DNA from: Takakia lepidozioides
Taxonomy: Eukaryota > Plantae > Bryophyta
Assembly (NCBI GenBank): GCA_030704615.1
Contig: CM060731.1
Span: forward strand, 12,586,001 to 12,650,000
Direction: 5' to 3'
DNA: 64,000 bases
The notes under the pieces are model-generated. The model saw only the letters and a list, made by a program, of their open reading frames with translations, searched no databases and was not told the origin of the DNA. The first letter of the stretch is position 1. Each line of letters opens with the position of its first letter. The translations under genes were made by a program, and so were the position numbers. Shown here piece by piece: positions 23,785 to 35,441 of the stretch.

Positions 23785-25662
23785 ATAGCCCACGGACCCC
23801 CTGCACTTACCGCAGTCGGGTAGGCGGTTCAGTGAGCCCAACCTACACCGCATCTTACCTCGGCCCCCCGTAGACTACTATGCCGTCACCCTGACCGCGC
23901 GCGCTCAGGGCTCGTCATATGAATGGTGCGTCTGCCGGGAGGTAAGTGAATAGTCAGGACTTCTCCAAATTGTTATGGACGGACTAACAATATGTGTTCT
24001 CGTCCTGATTTGTTTCTATGCAATACTTTACTGTTTATTCATGATCTTACTCCATCAGGTGGAGATTGAGGAACCCCATGCACATGAAGATTAGAAGCTC
24101 TTGCATGAGGGTGTTTGGATCATTGTTCATTGAAATTACTAACGCCATGGCAATCATCAAGCTGCAGCATGGCCACCGATCATATGGAAGCCCATCGTTT
24201 TTACTTGTCTTTTGAGGCACGTGTGGTGGGTCTTTACCGTGTTATTTCTGGCACCCGATCCGGCGAAGTGCAAACCGAAGATGCAATCGTAGTTTGCAGG
24301 TTAATGCGCGGCCGCATACTGGACATCGCCGAAGAGTACCGAGGGTACTAGATCTCGGCCAAAGTAGGGCCATTGGGGGACAAGGCTCTCACTGCCCCTA
24401 TCTCTTCATTTTTCAGGTTTAATACACGTTGGCCCGGGTGCTGCCAACCTCCCTTCTCAGGGAATCGCAATGTGCAATCCTCGTTAGAGGCCCATCTCGC
24501 CTAGTGAGTGGCGTATTTAGGGTGCTGCCCCTTGTGTCACACCATCGCCGACAAAGGCATCGATTTCCATCGTCATCTTTCCACTATTCGGAGGTCTGGG
24601 GAGGCCACCTCTTTTTTGAGCAAAAAGAGCTTTATTGATCTTCCATTTGACTAGATGTGTTGGCTATTTGGGTGTGGGTTAGAAGATTATTTGGAGGTAG
24701 AGGAACGCCTACCTTACCCGAACACTACTATCACCTACATTTGTCCACCCAGATTTTACAGTAGTCGCAGTGAGAGTGAAGGAGCACTAATCATCGAATT
24801 GATCACCAACGGGCAGTTGGACGTGGCGCCCACCATACACAACATGGATTGAAGGACGTCCTTTAGCGGCTCCCAAAGGAGTCATTGCGGATCCAGAACG
24901 ACCGCCGCCATTTTACTTTGCACAGGAAATTCCCACAAGTTTCATTCCTCTCATTCCATTAAAGGTCAAACAGATTCGCAGCAGATTTTGGCAACATGAG
25001 CCAGAGATTCGACTTATCACAGAAGCTGACATCGAGCGATTAGCTCAACGGAAATCCATCAAGAAGGGGTGGATTAACGAAAGGGTTTGGTGTGAGCAAC
25101 TCTCGGAAGCAAATGCACCGGAGCATTTCTACTGGTGTTGGATGACTGTAGGTACTGCAACGTGCCCCGACCACTTGAAGACTGGGTAATTCACGGGAAA
25201 TTGCACACTGACGTGCCTCCATTGCCAAGGTTCCATGGAAGGTATTTAAATCTGACCTCGTTTATTCTTGACATGGTTGTTCAAGGTAATATAGGTCCTT
25301 TAGTACAGGCTGAGGTAGGAGAATCCTCATTAGCACAACAGTGAGTGTATGTCTAGCTCAGGATCAAGAGCCACACTCCCAAGCTTGGATAGCATATCCT
25401 TTAATACTAGGTTGCAAAGGAGACTGGCTCGAGAAGCCGTCAGAGATCAACTGTTAGGGAAACGCCCAGCATTGAGTCCACAATCAAACTCAGAAACTAG
25501 AAGTTTGGGTAGGATAGAGTGGGAAGGAGAGAACACTGACAGCTCTTTAGAGATCGAGTGTTCACGAGTGGTTTCCCCTGTATCTAGTCCCCCTTATACA
25601 CCACCGGCCAGGTCAAGGAGCCCTTTGTTAGTGTCAGTTATGACACATGTTCCAGGACCTCC
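23785..25662 (+). mobile_element. 5' part of a third LTR retrotransposon: LTR end, tRNA-Gly PBS, degenerate extra ORF, probable start of gag
   Basis: LTR end ...CAGGGCTCGTCA (23917), PBS at 23924-23941, one long + frame from ~24169 broken only by isolated TAG/TGA stops, then ORF MSSSGSRATLPSL... at 25349 cut at 25662. Confidence 0.7.
23924..23941 (+). promoter_or_regulatory. Primer-binding site complementary to the 3' end of tRNA-Gly(UCC)
   Basis: TGGTGCGTCTGCCGGGAG is the reverse complement of ...CTCCCGGCAGACGCA-CCA, the 3' end of plant cytosolic tRNA-Gly(UCC) as recalled; lies 6 nt after an LTR-terminal CA. Confidence 0.85.
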
Positions 25663-25800
25663 TGACGATCCCTGAGCGCGCGGTCAGGGTGACGACATAG
25701 TAGTCTAGGGGGGGCCGAGGTAAGTTGCGGTGTAGGTTAGGCTCACTGAATCGCCTACCCGACTGCGGTTAGTGCAGGGGGTCCGTGGTCGTACATGGTG
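25663..25800 (-). repeat. Inverted copy of the LTR end at 23790-23917
   Basis: 25663-25788 is the reverse complement of 23790-23917 with few substitutions, ending exactly at the terminal TCA. Confidence 0.9.
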
Positions 25801-25892
25801 GCTATGATCACTATCTAAGTCCTACCGGCAAAGAGAAATCACGTACTCCTCTTCACAGGGTGAGTTTGCGTTTCTAAGTCCTACGATATCCT

Positions 25893-28443
25893 ACCATCTA
25901 CTCAATTCGGAACCGAGTGATCACCAAGGCATCTCCAACCAAGACTCCTGAAGAGATTTGGTCTGGTAAGAAGCAAAGTGTTGATCATTTTAGGGTTTTT
26001 GGATGTAAAGCTTACGCTCATGTTCCAAAAGAAAAAAGAACCAAATTGGAGCCTAAGAGCGTGAAGTGCATTTTTGTGGGCTATAGTGAAGAAGCGAAGG
26101 GATACAAAATGTTTAATCCAAGCACGAGGAAGGTGTTCCTTAGTAGGGATGTGGTATTTGATGAATTCAATACAATACAAGGACATGAGCTGAAATCTCA
26201 TGGTGACACAAAATTGTGGAATCTTTGGGATTTATTTCCACACGATGAAGAGAGATTGCAAGAAGTAAATGTGCAGATTGATCTTGACGACAAAGAGTCG
26301 ACATGTGATAGCATTGCAGATCGTGATGATTTGAGAACAACAATCGAGGAAGATTCATATAAAGAGGTTGAAGCAGTAGCCTCTCCATCTGGACGATCAC
26401 CTTGAGTAGGAGCAAATGAATACCTCAGTTGCCTGGACAATATCAAGGTAAGAACTCAAAAGCCTTCACTAAAAGTCCGAGAAACCCTAGGTCATCCGAT
26501 GAGTTTCTCAGCAATTACCGTACCTGGAAATGTTGACGAAGCATTGGAAAGTGATGCTACCAGATGGACAACGGCTATGCAAGCAGAAGATGACTCTCTC
26601 ATGAAGAATGGAACTTGGATACTTGCTGATCTCCCGGCAGGTAGGAAGGCAATAGGCTGCAAGTGGGTCTTTGCTATCAAGTACAAAGATAATGGGACGG
26701 TCGATAGACTAAAGGCCAGATTGACAGCCAAGGGATATTCACAACGGGAGGGAGTGGATTACTTTGATACTTTCTCACCGGTTGTGAAAATGGCGTCAGT
26801 AAGAACGTTGCTGGTTCTTGCAGCAAAACAAGATCTGGAGATACACCAAATGGACGTTAAAACAACATTCCTAAATGGTGATTTGAAAAAAGAGATTTAC
26901 ATGCAATAGCCCGAAGGTTTCGTTATTGAGGGAGCCGAAGGAAAAGTATGCAGGCTCAAGAAATCTCTGTATGGATTGAAGCAATCCTCACGAGCTTGGT
27001 ACCAACGAATCGATCGGTATTTGTTGGCTCAAGGGTTTCGGAGTGAAAAAGCGGATTCAAACGTTTATGTGAAGCGAGCAGCAAAGTTGTTCGTCATCCT
27101 TGCTTTGTACGTTGACGATGCAATACTGATAAACAACAATCTAACCTTTCTTAATGAGGTGAAGAAGGAGCTCGCTGAGAATTTGAGATGGTAGATTATG
27201 GGGATATTAGCTACTGTCTTGGAATCCACATCATCCGAAACATGGAGAAAAGGACAATCCATATCAATCAGAAACGCTACTTGGAGAATGTGTTGCATGA
27301 ATTCAAGATGGAGGATTGTAAACCTATAGGCATACCCATGGAAGCAAACTCGAAGTTGTCCATTGATACGTGTCCAACTTCAGCAAAAGAGCAGGAGCAG
27401 ATAAAGAGAATACCATATCGAAAGGCCATAGGTTGCCTTATGTATGTAGCTATTCTCACAAGACCTGATCTTGCCTTTGCTGTAGGTCTGTTTAGTCGCT
27501 TTATGGAAAATCCAAGTTACTTCCATTGGGCTGCGGTCAAGTGTGTGTTCAGGTATATCAAACGCACTATTGACTTTGGTATTACATTAGGCACAGATGA
27601 GACATGTAGCAAATCTGGGATTTTGTAAGGATATTGCGATTCGGACTATGCAGGGGATATGGATGCAAGGAAGTCCGCATTCGGTTACTGTTTTACCTTG
27701 AATGGCGGGGTTATTTCCTGGCACAGCAAGAAACAAACAGCCACGGCCCTATCAAGGACAGATGCTGAGTACATGGCTGCCACAGAAGCTGCCAAGGAGG
27801 CCATTTGGTTGAGGAGATTACTCCATGACATTGGAATAAAACAAATTGATCCTCTCAACCTCAAACGTGACAATAAGAGTTGCATTGCACTGGAGCCCTA
27901 AGTTTCCCAAGTTTCACGGAAGATCCAAGCACATAGCAACTCAGTTTCACTTCGTTCGAGAGAAAGTGGAGGAGGAAGAAATTATGTTGGAATACTGTCC
28001 AACTAAATTGCAGGCTGCAGATATTTTTACCAAGCCGCTGCCAAGGGCAAGCTTTGAATTTCACAGGGAAAAGCTACAAATAAGGCCTCTAAGTCGGGTT
28101 GAAAACTGAGCACAAGTGTTAGAATGTGCATTTATTCTACCCTCTGACAACTCTCCCATATTTGTAGGATTAGATCAGGTCTTGTTACCTATCTACGACA
28201 GTGCTTAATTGCACATTGACGGTGATCCTTATCTCTTACTATGAATAGCGACTAGAAGCTCAGCCTCTCCACAGAACTCTCATTGTATATAACCTGTTCA
28301 TGCTTTCCGTTATCAACATTTTTTGCACTCTTGAGCATACTGTTCTTTAGTATGTTGTCTTCTTCTCACCGCCTGGTCATGTGTCTGAATCTATTGTTGC
28401 TGTGAGTGTCTACAGTAGCTTTAGATGTTTATGTTTTCCAACA
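25893..28443 (+). mobile_element. Ty1/copia pol remnant (integrase C-terminus, RT, RNase H) with tentative 3' LTR 28117-28443
   Basis: RVFGCKAYAHVPKEKRTKL, SRDVVFDE, KARLTAKGYSQREGVDYFDTFSPV, HQMDVKTTFLNG, LYVDD, YRKAIGCLMY, CDSDYAG, SKHIATQFHFVRE, ADIFTKPL; several stops and frameshifts; TGTTAG...CCAACA after RNase H. Confidence 0.93.
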
Positions 28444-28479
28444 GACCACATATTCTCCTTTGATTTCAACATGATGCAT

Positions 28480-28545
28480 GTTTTTATATATATATATATA
28501 TAAGGGAAACACCTGGGAGCGACAGCTCACAAATCAACCCCTTGA
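28480..28545 (-). repeat. Short retroposed 3' end with (TA)n/A tail related to the SINE at 10035-10270
   Basis: Reverse complement tcaaggggttgatttgtgagctgtcgctcccaggtgtttccctt(at)n versus tcaagggcctgaattgtgggctgccgctcccaggtttccttta(n) at 10204-10270. Confidence 0.6.
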
Positions 28546-29199
28546 TTGCTGCCAATAAGGATGAGAATTGTTATGTTTTGTTTAAATAGGGGAGGAATCG
28601 GTAAGTTAACTGAAACTAATTTAACTAATTCTGGACTTTTGTTTGGTCCAGAAATAATATGAGAAATATGAATAAATATAATTTATAATATAAATAAAGA
28701 GATATATTTATTTATTTGGCTATTTTATGTACAATATAACCACGAACAATAATGTACCACACAGTTTTTGGAGAAAATATAAGTATGTATTGTGGTTCTA
28801 GAACAATATCCACAGCCAAGTTGACGTGGAGTCATGAAGAAATGGGAGGATGCAATGAATTAAACCATGATATGAGGTTAGATATGCAAAATGTTTTGCA
28901 TCAAGTAGTTACGAACATGGATGACATACAAAACCAAACATAGAACTGATTTCATGGCATCATGACATAAAAAAATGAGTCTGCGGAGACATTGATGATA
29001 AACAATTATATTTTATTAGGGATTGTAACTTTGGCGATGGACTAAGTCAAAATGTAACGTCAATTGTGCATCCGTTCACATTGCACAAAATGTTATCCAT
29101 CGGGTCCAAGCCATACAACGGCTTACACTAACTCATTAATATTACAGAGCCTCCTCCCAAACGGCTCACAGTCAAGGCATGTGTTCGAAGACGCCTCCG

Positions 29200-30306
29200 G
29201 TTAGCACAACCACTTGCAATGGTCTCCGCACTAGAGGAAATGGAAATATTTTTAGGTAACTCAAACCTAGTAACATTATCATCGGAATTGTTACTTGCAA
29301 CTCTCTTGATGATCTGGACGCCCTCGAAGCCTCTCGGGACGCCCACCATTCTTGCCAATCACGAAGCTCTTCTTCTTCTTTTCGAATTTGATCCTTGAAT
29401 GTGATTGGGAAAAACAATTTATATGGGAAATGTCAGGCCAAATCAAGAAGATTTGTAGAATGAGAACATATTTGCAAGGTGCAACTCCAAGTGTAAGACA
29501 CTTTGAAGATCAAATTCTCAATAAACAAGAGACAATGGGATAAGTACATACCAAGGTGATCTGGTTCTTTTTGTTGTGGGATCCAAACACGAAGATCCAT
29601 ATATCTTCCATACCAAGCCTAGTAGGCGTGGTCACGACTGATAGGTTTATGAGAACACTTGGTGGGATTCTCGCTGATGTAATCGATGACTATTGAAACT
29701 CTTGCCATCTTTGATATATATGGCCACACTGCCTTTGTCAGATCATCTTGGTCACACAAGCCCTTTGGTGATGGCTTGAATGGAAAAGGGAAGAATTTTG
29801 TATTCGGTGGGTTTCGGAGGCCCTTTGATGGCTTATCATCGACAATGAATATTTGTCTTTGCATTGCAAACGGTCGACCAGGGTACCTGGCAAGAACACT
29901 GCGAATATCCTTAACGAGATATTTCATCCCAAACATGATGTAAGCGGTAGTATCCTTGCAAACCTCAGCTGACCAGATGAAGCAGAACTTCTTCGCAATT
30001 TTCGTCGGAATGAAGCACTCCAACATCCTACAAAGAACACCTCTTTCAACACACGACCAAATCGCGACGTGAAAATGCGTCTGCCGTCAACGCAAGGTTA
30101 AGAAACTCCAAGATTCCGGGCCGGGGTACCATAAAAAGTCTGTCGGGAACTTGAGCTGTAACTTTCCTGAAACGAAATCTCTCTTTAAACAATTCACCGT
30201 CGGTTGGGGGTGGCCGGTAACAGAGGAGTTCGTTGACACTCAATATTAACAACATCCGTTTTCTCTTCCCCGATGTGACAGATGAAGGTTGATGGACGAA
30301 GCCATC
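29200..30306 (-). pseudogene. NIF/FCP1-like (HAD superfamily) domain pseudogene, intron-containing
   Basis: RKRMLLILSVNELL...PRPGILEFL...FIWSAEVC...KDIRSV...FIVDDKPSKGLRNPPNTKFFP follows the NIF domain motif order; in-frame stops at 30046 and 29619; splice acceptor at 30307-30308. Confidence 0.7.
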
Positions 30307-31489
30307 CTAAGGAATGTCATGACAATCACTTTACAGTTTATCTTGTAAAAAATCACACGACCCAGAAAATATTAAGTCTTTACCAAGTTAACTATAACAT
30401 CCATGTTGGCCGAAATATATGTGTGGCGGGAATGACTTTTTTCCCGAGGGGAGACGATATATCAAAGGGGAGAACACGAAAAGAGGAACGTTGGCTGTCA
30501 AGTGGAGGTTCATGAAAATCTAACATCGATCAAAACGGGAGAAACGATTTACAGTTAACTGAAATAAAAATGGAGAGATTACAGAAAAAAAATAACCTCA
30601 GTAATTAATGTAGGTTTATGTAGGTTTTAAAAAAAAAAGTTTATAGTTTGTAGTCGGCAATAATATTAATTTACTTTTTTTGTATTCAAACTTTATTTGA
30701 ATTTAGATATTTAGATATGAAAAATTATCAATGATATTATGGAGTATCTATTGAGAAATATAACTAAAAAATCCATTAATAATTCCCGATAAACTATAAA
30801 ATATAAAAAATACAATTTATCAATCTTAATCTTAGTTGACATAAAACAATCATGGAATATGGTATGTAACTTGATGGAACATCTAAATGGACCTATGATC
30901 TCAGAGAAACTTGAGGTTGTGGAAAGTGGAAAAACCGTGGATAGTAATGTATCAATCCATAGTAGTGCGTTGGTGAACAATGAGACATGTTTGGATCGAC
31001 TCCAAAACAAAAACAAACACATTTTTGTGTTGAAAATACCTATTAATGTAATCATCACAAGAAAGACAGAAAGAAAAATCCAAACTTAGGCTTAACATTG
31101 AATATTATCACACTGACATAAATATATAACATGTTATAATAAGCATTAATTAATAATTAATAATTATATGTAATAAATATTTGATGAATGATTTACCAAG
31201 GAGGTGCATTTAGGGTAGGGGGGAAGTTCTAACATGGCCTTACTCTTTTTGACATTGATGCGCAGTCTCCTCTTCAGGGAGGAGCCAATAGAACAATTAA
31301 ACTACCCCAACCAATATCATGCTGATGTGTCATAATAATAAATCAACAATTAGGTCTTCAAATCATTTTTAATATAATCTCTTCTATCTTTCTCTCTATT
31401 TGAGAACTTATGTGAAATAACACATTAGTGATCTATACAAGAATATTTATGACACCTGACAACTAAAAAACGAGCTATGTGAGGTCTGC

Positions 31490-31950
31490 TCAAGATGTCA
31501 CTGTAGTACAAAGATTTGAAATGCCGAATAATTCTACAAGATTAATGTGTAGTTACAATTCAGGGGATGAGATGTACAACATACTTGATTGGTGATTATG
31601 CTTACCCAGTTCAAACATAGTTTATGAAAACTATAAGCCATAAAATCCTAAGGAAATAGACAATTTGCATTTCGATTCAAGCATGAACAATAGGAGAGTT
31701 ATGATTAAGAATGCATTCTCTGATAAATCATTGACACATTTTGAAATGTTTAAATTCTAGGGTTGATTCTAAGCAAAAGCGGCAACAATCGCTTGCACAA
31801 TTATTGTCGGGTCATGTCTGAGCTTAGGAACGATGAAATTAAAGACAATTTGGCAGGATTTGATGGAATAAGATTGTCAACCATAAGACAAGGTAAAGCT
31901 GCAAAAAAAGATGAGAGATTGAGAGACATTGATTGGCAATCCATGTGAAT
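31490..31950 (+). mobile_element. PIF/Harbinger DDE transposase remnant
   Basis: TYLIGDYAYPVQT*FMK, FDSSMNNRRVMIKNAF and LHNYC correspond to the GDxAYP, RxxIExAFG and LHN motifs of Harbinger-type transposases; frameshifted. Confidence 0.8.
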
Positions 31951-32339
31951 AGAATAAATTGCATAGTTTGACATGCACACATGCAATGGCTTCAGATTTT
32001 TTGACATAGTTTTTTTTTCATTTACTTCAATTGATGTAAAACAACAAAAATAGAGTTATGAAATCATTCTAGTTTTTCAAGACCTTGTTGTACATTTATA
32101 CAACATTAGTTCATAAGAATGCCATTGGGTCAAATTAGTATCACCTGCAGAACTCGAATTCCCCCAGTTTCCCCATGTCCGGATCTAATGCTGGGTAAAG
32201 AGACTCTCTCAAATATGAAGAGGGCATTTGAAGGGTTCCTGGCTTTTGGAGTCACGGGCTGCTCAACACTGTCCCAACCCCGCGGTACCATAACCCTTGG
32301 AATGTGACAAGACACAAGAGCATGTATAACCTTTGGAGC

Positions 32340-32540
32340 CAATCCTTAATAAGCTTGTCCACAATGTCATAACAATGCTTCTAATAATAATGGGGTGCAT
32401 TGAAAAACCCTGCATTAAGTTTGTCTGTAATGTTTTTCCAACATTTTGTTCTCAAAGGGTCACGCCCATGATCATAGTACATTTCCTCCCAAAGATCTAG
32501 CAACTAGAACACTGTATCATTTGTCCAAACGCGTGTAACT
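32340..32540 (-). mobile_element. Myb/SANT (trihelix-like) DNA-binding ORF remnant, probable Harbinger second gene
   Basis: Minus strand reads WTNDTVF*LLDLWEEMYYDHGRDPLRTKCWKNITDKLN...HCYDIVDKL (three spaced Trp); convergent with the transposase remnant. Confidence 0.7.
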
Positions 32541-34199
32541 TTTTTTTTTTCTAATCTGAAGTTGTGGCATTCTGATACCACACTAATCGAGACTTTTCAT
32601 CCCTGGCAGGGTAGTGAATCTCAAAAAAGTAAAAGCTAGTCAATGGGCGTCTAGAAGATGTGCGCATTCGTTCTCCTCTTGTTGTTTTAATTTAGAGTAG
32701 CTTCAGCGTTGCAATGGCCGACGTTGAGGCCGCCTAATGCAACAATTGGTCCAGGTTGAGCAGAGGATGTGCCATGAGATCCAGCGGCACATCCAAGTGC
32801 AAAACAAGATGAAACAAGAGATCCAAGATCTCCAGGAGAGGAGCAAACGCGCAGAAGGACTGTTTTGAAGTGGAACAATAATGAACTCGCATATGCTTCA
32901 TCAGATGTAGGTTTACAGTAGGGAGGACGCCCTGCTTTGGACGCCTCCCCTCCCAATACTCCTCTGCGGCGAACTCCTCAAGGAGAAAATGTTGGAAGGA
33001 ATTTTAGAGATGAATTACCCCCTTCCATTTTTTACCGTGATCACATTGGAGACCCAAAGAGTCATGGATATGGCTATCATCACTCCATCGGCTCCACCCA
33101 CAACTCCCAACGTTGAAACTCATATATTCCCTTGAGCCGACGTCCCAAAGAGGTCAATAAATCGAGCACTATCTCTAGCCCCCTTATTACTCGCCTCCAC
33201 GACCATGGAGAGTTTGGCGATTGCGCTAGACGCCCCTATCATTGAAGATACTCGCTCAATTGACTAGTTACTCCAGCTTGGTGTCCCACAAGAAAAATGT
33301 TGGGAGAATGTTACAAGTCCCAAAGCTTTCCGCACATTCCTTAGTTGTTGTACCCTTCACGTGGGCCAGATGACAAGCTAGGGCAATTTCTTCACTTGAC
33401 TCAAACTCCCAAAACTACCGAACCTCACACTGTCATTGGTCTTTCGGATGGCTACCATATCTAATTCGTTTTGAGAAAGGTCTCAAAATGGCTTGCAAGG
33501 ATGTCTTGGCAATGACAAAGTCATAATCTGCCAACATGAACATCCTGTTGGGCACATTGGTCCAGAATATGGATAATTCATATCAATCGTTCTCCTATTG
33601 GTGTCTCAATATACTTGTTAAATAGGCACTTAGACGTGGTAAGAATAACACATATAATGTCAATATATTTGTGTATGGTTGATATACAATCGATCTTCAA
33701 TTATGGTTGAAAAAATACAATGGGCAAATTAATAGATATCAAGTGCTACAATATTTCGGATATGTAGTTGTGGTCTCACAAAATGTATTCAAACTTCACA
33801 AAGGACATAAGCTCATCAACCAAATTATTGAACTTTCTTCTCTTTGACTTCATGTGTTATATTCCAAACTTATGCGTTTAAGAAACTCCTAGTGTGTATA
33901 CTGATTGGGCTCCTTCAACCACGTGCGTGCAAATAGTCTCTTTTTCCTATATATTGCCCACAATGGCAAGTATTGATATCCCAACGATTATTTCCTTTTT
34001 TCCCAAAACAAGTCTCTCGTTTGATTTGACCATCAAACAATTCCCCAAGGTCACATACATGAGCATCCACATCAAAATGATCTTTCCAATAAAAAGCCTG
34101 CCCATTGTTTTTTTAAAGGAACCTCATTTATGCTATGCTACAAGATTTTTTGGTGTTTGAATATTTGTGACTTTGGAAAGAGTGACAAAGAAGAATATA

Positions 34200-34727
34200 T
34201 TTTCTTAGGAGCTGATATATGCTTTAACCCCTAAACGCCCACAAGGCCCAAAATGGGCCGAATTGGTTGTTTAAGGATATTAACTTTGGCAGATGTAGGT
34301 TGAATACCCCAAAATTTGGTGCGTGCACAGGGTATCCACCTGTAAGATTGGCTAGATTCTTTAATGCTAAAAAACACTAATTTCTCAAAAGGATCCTTCA
34401 CATGACAATTCCACATCCCCATCTTTTGACCAAGTGCCAAATGGCATAATTTCTTCCAAATTCTGAGATCTTGGGCTTGTTAGACAAGAATGTCGCACTG
34501 TGTTAAGTTGCCTCGAGCATGCCCAACAGATTTCAACCCAACATCCAAAATCTACAAAATCCTGTCATTTTCTAGTTTATTTTTCAAAAATTGCCAAAAT
34601 AGGGCCCATATTCAACGGTGGGGTTTTTGCAGGTCTTCTCTGATTGGTCTCAAATTTGGACCGGGCGTGACCAGTTCTTTATGGATCCTCCGCCCCCGGG
34701 TCCCACCGGGCCGGCTGATCAGCCCTG
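34200..34727. mobile_element. Probable end of a DNA transposon (hAT-like terminus) closing the TE island
   Basis: Ends in GCTGATCAGCCCTG (reverse complement CAGGGCTGATCAGC); the partner end was not found. Confidence 0.35.
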
Positions 34728-35441
34728 CCCGCATCCGCATAAATGACAACAAACAGCTTTTCCCGTCATGTTACATCTAGATGAAAACCTCTGACAAGAT
34801 GAATGTAGGTGAGCATGGATGAAAATATGGGTACATTTATGAAGCTTATCTGCAACAAGACATCTCGATTGGGTGAATCATTTGGCGACTGAGATCCTTA
34901 TCTGAAACTTGATTTTCCATTGGCACACGTGGACTGTCTTGGTACGATCGGGATCTCCAATCGAGTACCCATGGACGGAACTTGTGGACAGAACTACGTA
35001 CCAACATTCATCCACTGGACCGACTGTGGAAGATTCCGGCGAATTCTACCAGAATTAGGGCAGGTCGGCGAGAAATCCTTCAAGAAGGAGCCTTCGAGGG
35101 TTTTCTTAATTGTTTCTGTGTGAAGAACAGAGTTAGAGGTAAAGCACGCTGAAACACTTTGACTGTAAGACGAGATTGTAGGTAAAGCACGCTGGAACAC
35201 TTTAACTGTAAGACGAGAGAAAGGAGATTCTACTGCAGAGAGACGAGAGAGAGAGGAGAGATGAACTGAAGGCTCCGATTGATTGCAGAACATGAGCAGT
35301 TTTGCTTTGGGGGGCCTGGAGAGCAATGGTTGAGAGGATTTGGTAAGAAGGAGCTTGAAATGATTGCATCATCGGTATGAAGAGTTACCCTGGATTGAAA
35401 AGGTTCTGATCGGTTGTTGGGTTTGAGAGAGAGAGAGAGAG

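Noticed and set aside
23790-25790. DIRS-type element or TIR DNA transposon suggested by the inverted repeats
   Set aside because: No tyrosine recombinase or transposase motifs; the repeat ends in CA followed by a tRNA PBS, so it is an LTR end.
32600-34200. Possible MULE or other transposase remnant
   Set aside because: Too degenerate; only an isolated CxC motif was seen.
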